DNA of 64,000 nt. Source: the human T2T-CHM13v2.0 reference genome, Homo sapiens. Where the stretch lies: NCBI RefSeq assembly GCF_009914755.1, contig NC_060931.1, one strand, 5' to 3'. The notes beneath the pieces are model-generated. The model worked only from the letters and a program-made list of their open reading frames with translations, did not search any database and was not told where the DNA came from. Made by a program: the position numbers and the translations under genes. This document shows, piece after piece, positions 53,524 to 64,000 of this stretch; the first letter of the stretch is position 1, and each line of letters opens with the position of its first letter.

Positions 53524-54649
53524 GTGAGTCAGGGTCACGGGGACGTGGGACACAGACATGGCACGAGAGGCTGCCCACCGCACTGGGCCCGGAGCACTGG
53601 GTGCAGGGCATGTGGCGGAAACTGGAGCAGCGCCTGCCGCCTGCCAGCGGGACCTCGGTTTGGAGCCAGAGTAAAGGCTTCACATCCTGAGGACTCCCTG
53701 CTGCACCACGGACGTGGAGTGGGCTGGAAGGTGTGATCCTCGGGGGAGGCCTTTCCAGAGTCGCTTCTTCCCTACCGGGAGGAGATGAGAAGAGGAGCTT
53801 CACACACCGTGTAGCTCAGGTCACCATCAGTCTGTGGCCTGGCTTTTGGCTGTGCTGATAGGTTATCCCTGTGAAAGAAAACTGTGTTGTGACCTCTGTG
53901 TTGGACACGGCATATGACAGGCGACGCGTGCAGGGTCTAGATGGCAGCGTTCCCACAGGCCTCTTGGTGGGTTTGCTAGGACTCTCGGTTGCAGAAATCA
54001 AAACCCCTTGAAGTGAGCCTGGCCGGGGGGAGTTTACAGTAAGGGGAAGAGACGGCCCCGCTCCGTCACCCCCGTCTGCTTCACCCCGCATGGGGTTTGT
54101 TCCCCTCTTATCACAGACTGCTCTGGTTCTCAGCCTCCGTGGTGGAGCCGCGCGGCCACCCAGCACTTCCGAGTGGGCAGTTTCTCCCTCCAAGGCCGCA
54201 TCTGCATCTCATGGTCCTGACCCCATGTGACCTGGGACACACCGTGGGCTCAGGAGTCAGGGACCCATCCCTGGGCGGCGAGCCCCAGCCAGGAGGTGGA
54301 GGGCCATGCAGCCTGCAAGCATGTCCCCGGGGAATGGCAGCTGGGCTGACCCAGACAGGAGACAGGGAACGGAGCCGTCTGAGGCCAGCTTATAAAACCA
54401 TGCCGGCCTGACCTCAGCATGGTCCCCGAGGAGATGGACGGGGACGTGTCTGAGGCTCTTCACCGCCGGACGTTTCTGGACCCTGGGTGCATATTGGGTA
54501 CAGCGCTGGTCGTGGGGCTCGGGACTGGCTCTGTGTTTGCTTTCATTGGAATACTTGCCTCCAAGCAAATTACTGAGGCTGCTGTAAACCTCAGAGAGGT
54601 TTGTACTCTCTAAAGGCAGAATCAGCTGGCGTTTTCTGTTTTTTTCCAG

Positions 54650-54753
54650 TGCTACCGGTAAAAGAACCACCACCGCAGCTTCTACCAAGAGGAGATCGGC
54701 TTCAGCCACACACGGGGACGCCTCCTCCCCACCCTTCCTCGCAGCTCTTCCTG
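54650..54753 (+). CDS. IQCE: IQCE exon 21 (ATGKRTTTAAST...FLAALP)
   Basis: ttttttccag| ... CTG|GTAATT; 104 nt. Confidence 0.9.
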
Positions 54754-57156
54754 GTAATTTCATTCATTTGGATTCTGGCACCAGGGCAGCTGGTCTGCTG
54801 AGGTCTCAGCCAAAGAGTGGCCACCTCCAGGAAGCCCGGGCGGTGTCGGGACGGAAGGGAGGAGTGTCCCATCTGGAGCTGCCTCTGAACTAAGCGTCAC
54901 CTTATGCCAGGAAGGCCCACAACAGGGCCCCGCCTTGGCCCAGCTTGTCCTTTGTGCCTGGAATTGCCGAGGTCCTTGCTGTCTTTATTTTTTGCTCTCA
55001 GCTCCAACAGGACCGAGGTGGCTTCCTCCTTCAGGCCAGCATTTCTCCTGTTTGTTTGTTGAGTAAAACCGTGTTATTGTTTCCTTTTCTACTTTGTTAA
55101 AGTCCAAAAACAGTCAGTGAAGAAGCCGCTGGCACTGCAGGATGCCACACCCTGGTGTGAGGCCTCATCCCTGCTCTGCCCGGAGCTGACGGGGATGCCC
55201 CAGCAGGGCCCTGCCTTTCTCTGGCCGTCAGTCCCTTCATGTTTAAAGTAGAGAACGGGCTAGACAGCTGGAAAGCCACTCTCCACCCCAAATCTATGCT
55301 GCTCTGCGTGGACTTGAGATCCCGTGTCTTATCCTGCAATTAGAAACCCCCCATTGACACCTCCTGTAAAGGGAAGATGAGTGCGGAGGCACACTGTTGA
55401 GACTCGGGACTGTCGGGAGATGGAGAAGGGCAGCCTTAAGACCCTGTTGAGGAGGGGAGTGTGGCGTGCGGGGCTGTTTCACGTGGGAAGTGTCAGGCGA
55501 AGGGCTTTGCTGTGCTGAGTCCTTAGGTCTCCAGGGTGGAGTCAGGGAAGGAGGAGAGAGAACAGCAAGGAAAACCACAAAGGAAGAGGCTCTTCTGAGC
55601 CCAAAGGGTGAGGGTGAGGAAGGCCAGGGGGTGAAGGAAGGGTGAGGCCTGCCCAGGACCCACATGCCTTAATTTGAATGTCCCTTCAGGACAGGCCCAG
55701 GGAGCCGGCAGCCCCCCAGTACCACTCCAGTAAGTGTGGGGGCCCGTGGCGGGCGGAGGCCTCGCTTTCCTGGGAGATCCCTCCTGTGCTGACGCGGAGT
55801 CACGGAGTTGGGAAGAGGCCGTTTTGAGGCCCGCATCAGACCTGGAGCCCGAGAGCCTTCCCTCCCCAGGGGGTCCCGCTAGGGGCTGTGTTTTAGAGAG
55901 TCTCCTGCACGAGCTAAGAACCGTATACCACGTTTGACCTGGAAATACCACGTATGAAATCACATTTTATTTTCATTTTTTAACCTAGTTTCGTCAGAGC
56001 TAGAAAACTTTGAACTTTGATATTCTCTCCAAAACTTCCATTTGTAAAGCTCAACACAAAGATGAGCAGCCTGGGGTTTCGGGGAGAATGTACAGACACG
56101 CAAAGCGGTCGGGCCGGCCTGTGACTCGTGGGCTCTGCAAAAGGCTTTCAGTTGTTCTCCAGGAGCCGATTCTACCGGCTTCGCCAGACCCTGCCTTTGG
56201 TGACCTTTAGAGGCTTTGATCAGGGCTAAAGCGTGCGTTGATGCTGCCCTTTTCTCTTGCTCAACGCAAGTGATTTTAAAGACGCAAGTTCATCCCCGTG
56301 ACCCAGGGATTCAGCTTTATTGACCTAAGGAAATGTCTCTGTGAAAAGTATAAATCAAGCTTTTGTTTGAGCTGATTGGGTTTTTGAAGATAACCATGAA
56401 AGCTGTTTTTAATTTCATAAGGTTCCCCTTTAATATGAATTTTCTTGAAAGTTGCAGGAAAAAAAAGCTGACACAGTTACAGTATCTGCGGCATGGCCGA
56501 ATTGCCATTTCCTTCCCTTTTTAAAATCTCACATGAGCAGTTCATTACTTTTTTACTTTCGTCTTTCAAGGCAGCGACACTCAGGCTCCCCGGCAAGGAG
56601 CTCTGGGGCTGCTGCTGTGGTAGGACCCGTCCCTTCTTCAGCTCTGGTACCCACCTCCATCCCGTCTGTAGGTGGCGTCCCATTCTAGAATGGATTAAAA
56701 GTTTGGAACGCTCTAGATGCTTAGGAAGGAGCATCCAAGGGGGAATGGCCGAGCAGCTTGCAAGCTCACAGCGATCCGTGCCTTGCCCCCTCCTGCCCTC
56801 CATACCAGTGGCCAGCGAGTTAACAGGGAAGTTGGCTTTTTTTTTTTTTTTTGAAGTGCAGTCTAGCTGTGTTGCCCAGGCTGGTCTGGAACTCCTGGGT
56901 TCAAGCCACCCTCCCACCTCGGCCTCCAGAGTCCTGGGGTTACAGGCATGAGCCACTGCACCCAGCAGAAACGCTCCTACACACGGGTAGCCACCCACCC
57001 AGGCCCCAGACTCCTGGACTGCTGCTGTGGGAATGGCTTTCAGGGAATGACTCCAGTGTGGACTCGAGGTTCCTCCATGCTGGCAAATGTCTGCTTTTGC
57101 AGGTGTTTTGACTGGGGGAAATGGTGAGAATACTCAGAGCTGAGTTTGAAGGCGAG

Positions 57157-57423
57157 GAGAGTGAGGCTTTCTGGCAGGTGTGTAAGTTGGTCCTGAGGCT
57201 GGAGAGTGAGGCTTTCTAGCAGGTGTGTAAGTTGGTCCTGAGGCTGGAGAGTGAGGCTTTCTGGCAGGTGTGTAAGTTGGTCCTGAGGCTGGAGAGTGAG
57301 GCTTTCTGGCAGGTGTGTAAGTTGGTCCTGAGGCTGGAGAGTGAGGCTTTCTGGCAGGTGTGTGAGTTGGTCCTGAGGGCGGAGAGTGAGGCTTTCTGGC
57401 AGGTGTGTGAGTTGCTCCTGAGG
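57157..57423. repeat. 45-bp VNTR, 6 copies, in the last intron
   Basis: GAGAGTGAGGCTTTCT every 45 nt. Confidence 0.95.
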
Positions 57424-57566
57424 GCCTGTGTGCCCCATGGCTTACTGCTTCTCGGGGTGGCTGCCGTCTTGCCTGCCGGGGAAGAGCAGACAGTGTAAGG
57501 GTGTCCGTGGTGGCAGCCCCTGAGGTCAGCGTGGCTGACCCCTCTCCCTGTGGTTCATTTCCGCAG

Positions 57567-57685
57567 ACCCCTCTCCCTCAGGGCCACAGGCCGTGGCACC
57601 TCTACCTGGGGATGACGTCAACTCCGATGATTCCGACGATATTGTCATTGCACCGTCTCTGCCCACGAAGAACTTTCCAGTTTAG
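57567..57685 (+). CDS. IQCE: IQCE last coding exon 22 (PSPSGPQAVAPLPGDDVNSDDSDDIVIAPSLPTKNFPV*)
   Basis: tttccgcag| acceptor; TAG at 57683-57685. Exon sum 2088 nt = 695 aa + stop. Confidence 0.92.
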
Positions 57686-58640
57686 GTCCCCGTCACTGTC
57701 TCCACGCTGTGATGGCAGCGCTGCCGAGGACATAGGAACCACGACTGGAAAGATAATTTATCGTGTTAGGAGAAGAACGATGATACCTACTTAACACCTC
57801 AGCATCTGCGTCGTGTCTCTTTGTGCTTTTGTTTGTGGAAGGAGACCCAAATGCCTTTACTTTATTCTCTGGGGAGGGCCAGCGGCTCGCATCCCCCTCA
57901 TCTCCAGCTGCAGCTCGGATGGTGGATTTTCAGTGCCAACAGACACATCTGCCGTGAACTCGCAGATGCCAGGGAGCCCTGTAGTGACACGTTCTCTGAC
58001 AGCACCTTGCCGCCTGCCCACGACCTTGACCGTGAGGAGCTGCTATCCGCAACCAGCGCCGACACCATGCCCCCTCTTCCTGGTGACACCCTCAACAACC
58101 AGGATTTGCTCGATCTCAGCCCAGCAGGCCAGGCAGACACACCCCGCTGTGCCTTAGGAAGGTGTGAGACCGGCTTCCCCCATCCCCACAGCAAAACACG
58201 GCCTGTCCCAAGCCAGTGAGGAGCTAAAGACACCCAGGTCCCCAAATGATCTTACTCCATGCCCCACCCGCTCACACCGTCCTTTCCCGTCACCCTTGCT
58301 ATCCCCTGGAGCACTGCCCTCCAGAGCTGCCCTTCCCAGGAAGGAATTTGGTTGGATTCTGTCACTGTGGAGACCAAGATTTTTTAAAATTCCCAATTAT
58401 AATCACAAAAGCAGCATCACACTTGCTTCTGAGAACAGCAGGGTGATGTCTGTTCCCAAGCTGGTGGCGGGAGCCTTAGCCTGTGTGGGGCCACCCGGGG
58501 AAGAGGAGGAGAGGAGGGTGAGGAGGCAGGCTCGCCGTTCCAAGGGACAGCATAGGCTCGTGGTGGGGCGTGTTGCATCTGGTGTCTGGGACAGTCCCCG
58601 TCACCCCATGTGTGCGGCCTCTGCACTCCCAAGCTCCATG

Positions 58641-58681
58641 GCTGGGCTGGGCTGGGCTGGGCTGGGCTGGGCTGGGCTGGG
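58641..58681. repeat. (GCTGG)8 pentanucleotide repeat in the 3'UTR
   Basis: Read directly from the sequence. Confidence 0.95.
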
Positions 58682-60059
58682 CGTGCGGAGCCTGTGGAGC
58701 CAGCAGCTGCAGAGGCCTAGGAGGGAGTTCCTGGGGGAAGCGCACAGTGTCCAGTGCCCATCTCTTGCTTGTGTGTGAGATTAGCCCTTGCTGGGGCGTC
58801 AAGAGGAAGAGCCTTAGACCTGGGCGGGCCTTCAGGGGCATCTAGACCCCTGCACAGCCCAGGCCTGGTGTCTGCATTTCCACAGCACCCCTGTGGGGAC
58901 TCCTGCCGGGGCTGGCCGCTGTCTCAGGAGAGACCCAATGGTTAGAAAGCCCCTTTTTACACAGCTGACAGCTTCTCCCAAGGCTTCCGTCCACGGGGAC
59001 AGGCTTAACCCCTGGGCGCCTTTTCTGCAGCATGGCGGCCTTCTGAGTCACCTAAGCTGAGCCTGGGGCATTCTCTGTGGCGGTCAGAAGGCCGATGGCC
59101 CCAACACAGTGGCTTGTGAAAGGGAGAGAGGAGGCTCTGCATGTCCACCTGCTCTATGGGAGGAGGACACAGGTGTCCCCAGCCCAGCCTGTTCTCTCCC
59201 AGTCACTCAGGGATGGGGCCACCCAAAGTGCAGGACCCGCCCCACCCTGCGGTTCGAAGCCTGGCCCCTGTCTCCACTTAGCTTCTGTTTCTGCAGTGGG
59301 TGGAAGCGAGTCAGCGGGGGGCCTGGCTTGTGTACGTGTTTTCCTTATTTGGTCTGTGGGTTGCCAAGTCCATTTTTTTTTCCACTGAACTGGCTGGTAA
59401 CTTGATGGACTGTGTAACTGACACAGGCCCTCTTTAGACCCCTGCCTTCACCCCACCCGCCCAGGTCCACTCCCTGGGGCGCTGTCCCAAGCCATCCCTG
59501 CTTGCCAGCTCAAAGCTTCAGGTCCTAGGAGCCAGTCCGCCTCGAAAGCCCTGAGAAAGTGAGACACCTGCACATTCGCTGGGGGAGACCCTCCGTTCTC
59601 TTGTGGCAGCTGCTCCCACTTGTTAAACCAAGCTGTTTCTGCGGGACGTGCTCACTCTTGGGAACCAGTGGCCTAGAGCTTTGGGTTACAGGCATGGAGA
59701 GGGCTTTCCTGCCTCAGGCTTGGAGGCCAATGTTCCATACATAAACCGCCATGTCCTCTGGTGCAGCTGGGCTGCTCTTTTAAAAGCCAGCATCCATCTT
59801 GAAGCTCGCTGGGTAAATGGTAATGCATTCTCAAGCCAGTGTCTTCAGCTGATGCCCAGTGTCCAGTGCTGGTCACCAGTCCCCTTTGCTGGGTATAGCC
59901 TGCCTGGCTGTTCTGTGGTCCTGGAACGCTGCAGTGTGGTTTTGTTCCATGGAGACAGTACCAAGCGGAGAGGCCTCCTTGCCCACGGCCCCAGGGCCTG
60001 GGGGCCAGGGGTTCTGGCCCTGCGGGGACTTAGGCAGGAGGGGAAGAGAAGCCCATGGA

Positions 60060-60330
60060 GCCATGGGAGGGGTGAGCTGTGGGCGGGGCCTAGTCATGGG
60101 AGGGGTGAGCTGTGGGTGGGGCCTAGCCATGGGAGAGGTGAGCTGTGAATGGGGCTAGCTATGGGTGGGGTGAGCTGTGGACAGGGCCTAGCCATGGGAA
60201 AGGTGAGCTGTGGGCGGGGCCTAGTCACGGGAGAGGTGAGCTGTGGGCGGGGCCTAGTCATGGGAGGGGTGAGCTGTGGATGGGGCCTAGCCATGGGAGG
60301 GGTGAGCTGTGAGTGGGGCTGAGCCATGGG
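60060..60330. repeat. 33-bp G-rich VNTR, 8 copies, in the 3'UTR
   Basis: GGTGAGCTGTG recurs every ~33 nt. Confidence 0.95.
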
Positions 60331-62223
60331 AGCAGCAAGCTGGTGGAGTGGGCTGGGCGGAGCTGTGGGGGCTGCTGGCAGGGCCTAGGAAAGTAGACAA
60401 CTCCCGGGGGAGACGAAGTAGAGAGTGAGTCCCCAAGAAAGGGACTCCTGCCCCAGCGTCAAGTGCCAAAGCAGGCCCCATCTACCACTTCAGGGTCGAC
60501 GTTGGTGGCAGGTGTTGTTCACGGTGTACTGATTGTCACTGCAACACCTCCACATCACCTTGAACTTCAAGAACAGCAGCAAAGCTGTATCTGCTATCAG
60601 AGGCTGTTAGGTAGTCCAGCTTTAAAATAACACACTCTTTCTCTATCCCATGCCCTTTAAACAAGCAGCCACAGGAGATGTCAGTCTCCAGGGCCTGGCC
60701 CCACTGTGTTGACAGCAGTCACGTCTGTTGAGCTGACACTGCTGAGGCTGAAGCTGGCCCCGTGCAGGTGGCTGGTGAGCCACAGGTGCAGTACCCGGAG
60801 GTGTGCTCTCCCCTAGAGGCCTGTCCCCAACTCCTCCCCTAGAGGCCTATTCCCGCTGCTCACAGACCTCAGCAGAGGCACCAGCTGGAGGGCTCCAGGG
60901 ACATCCTTGGAGATACAGGAGGCTTTCCTGGCACAGGGCACAGCTCTTAGGAGGCCTTTGTAGGACGCTGTCTCCCCAGCGTGTCCTGCTCATCCAGGAT
61001 GGGGAGAAAGAGGAGGAGGCCCCAGGCTCAGAAGCCAGGGACAGACTGCCGACGATTACCAAACTGAATCCAGGCAGTGCCATGACCCTGGGTGTCCCTT
61101 GGTTCACATCACCCACCAGACAGCTGCGGAGAGAGTGCAGGGAGGGGCTGGGACCAAACAGGCCAGAAACCAGCAGAAAAGAGGCAGAAGTGAGGTGGGT
61201 GTGCCTGGGGCACGAAGCCAGCGCCGGGGGGATTTCAGTGGAGCCTTACAGCCAGGCTCCGTGCGGACTGTGATGCCAGAGAGGCGTGCAGCCTCTGGGC
61301 AAGTCGGGAGAGGGCTTGGGTGGTCCCCACAAGGCAGAAGAGGTGGAAGGGCCAGAGAAGACCACCAAGACCACCGTTCCCGCAGGCGTGGGGTGAGTGA
61401 CCTGACTGAGACTAGCGGGCAGAGCCAAGCAGGGCTAAACTCCAACCCAGGGCCTGGTGTTGAACGAAGTAGCTTTTTCTTTGCTCGTTTGTCTGTGTAT
61501 TAAGAAGAGACTAAAATAGCCAAACGACGCTGGTCGCATGCGCTGGCTGTGGTCTGTCTGCTGAATGTCTATTTTTGTCTCCTGACGAGACGTGAGGACC
61601 ATGCCCTTGATCCCTCCGATGGACCAGAAACCCCCTTCCTTGCAAAAAAAAAGGCAATTGAATTAGGAAAAGATAGCCCAACCTAGCTCAGATCCACCAA
61701 GATAAGCACAGCAAAGCTTGGCTGCATTTTTGAGGAATAAAAACCTGCAGAAAGCACCGATAACCTTCAAGATCTGAATGAGATTCTATTATAACCCGTC
61801 TAAACGATTGCAAAATTCCTCCTTTGGTTTTGGAAGCAGCGTTTGCTCTCCCGTGGCTCGGATTCTCTGAGGACCAGGGAGTTGACACACAAACCCCGCC
61901 ATGGGTCCGAGCCAGCTATTTCTCAAGGCTCCCACCTCGCCAAGCTCCCAAGGGCCTGCTGGCAGTGCCTACGCTGTGCCAACTACCCTGTCTGGTACAG
62001 ACCACGGCTGGGTAAGCACCCTTAAAAGCAACAGAAATGACGTCTGGAAGCTGAAATGTGAAACTGTCAAGATGGCTTAGGAGAGGAAGGAGTGGACCCG
62101 CTGGTCTTTGGCATTTTGTATTTAGAATTATTCTAACTTTATACATAATGTATAGGCCGATCTTTTGGAAGGGATAAGGTTTTCATTCTTGTGCAACTCA
62201 TTATTCTCATTATTGGCCTTTTA

Positions 62224-62229
62224 AATAAA
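62224..62229 (+). terminator. Polyadenylation signal AATAAA (distal; a second at 61736-61741)
   Basis: AATAAA preceded by TGTA motifs (~62117, ~62149) and followed by GTTGTTTTG. Confidence 0.75.
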
Positions 62230-62811
62230 AAGTTGTTTTGCAGTGTGCCTTGAGTGCCCCGTGAAGACTTCTCTTTAATGACCTCCAGGTGTGTTCCTGC
62301 CCCACGCACTCGGGCTGAACAAACGATCCGCTTCAGAAACCCCGCTTCTCTGGGCTTCTGGCATTTTGCCGTGGTCGTAATGCAGGCTTGGGGTTGGAGA
62401 GCCAGCTGGAGGGATGGGTCCCGCCGCCAGCTCCCTGCCACGCATGAACTCGGATACATCTGTTGACACCCCGGTCCCCCGTCGAATATCTATTCCTTAG
62501 ATATGAGGACACAAAAATGTGCGTGCGTGAGGGAGTTATTTCTCCATATTTGATTTCATTTTTGTTTCAGGAGCAGGGAAAGAATAATTTACTGAGGAAT
62601 CAAACACAGATGGAAACGACCAAAAGGAGCTGATATCTGGGTTTTGTTTTCCAATATTTTGTTGCATAGAACAAGGAGCATCTGTGGCTTTGTGTGCTTG
62701 TGGCTGCCTGCCCTGGGGCCCTAAATCCTGAGTGGAGTTTGTCCGAAGCCTCCACAGTTACTGTGGTTGGCTCTGGCATTTGCCCAAGCCTATTTTCTCT
62801 CTATCGATCTC

Positions 62812-62853
<42 letters not shown>

Positions 62854-62865
62854 ATATATGTATAT

Positions 62866-63962
<1,097 letters not shown>

Positions 63963-64000
63963 CCTGCCCCGAGCCCATCTTTACACTCCGATGGCCTGTG

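Larger units (their letters stand above)
57686..62250 (+). other. IQCE: IQCE 3'UTR (~4.5 kb, essentially Alu-free)
   Basis: Runs from the stop codon to AATAAA at 62224, which has a U-rich upstream and GU-rich downstream context. Confidence 0.7.

Noticed and set aside
58164-58778. 204-aa ORF in the 3'UTR with WAGLG repeats
   Set aside because: The repeat comes from the (GCTGG)n tract, the start is non-ATG, and there are no coding hallmarks.

Overview
Human (primate) genomic DNA, recognisable as the BRAT1-IQCE locus (chr7p22.3). The minus strand carries the 5' end of BRAT1: a non-coding exon 1 and the first coding exon, [22 protein letters not shown]. The plus strand carries the complete IQCE gene. 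I traced 22 coding exons from 6781 to 57685, all with GT-AG boundaries; they total 2088 nt (695 aa + stop) and are followed by a ~4.5 kb 3'UTR. The two genes have divergent CpG-island promoters ~3.5 kb apart. The introns are dense in Alus and also contain old L1, MIR and Tigger fragments and at least seven minisatellites. Almost all ORFs in the supplied track are artefacts of Alus, VNTRs or GC-rich sequence. I see no new gene or self-contained novel system. The most interesting pattern is that four VNTRs sit directly at or next to IQCE splice sites, one of them pentuplicating a real donor. Other highlights are an RFX X-box whose central ATG opens a strong-Kozak uORF, a 24-nt microexon that sets a 23-residue spacing between tandem IQ motifs, a candidate alternative last exon, and G-quadruplex arrays in the 3'UTR.
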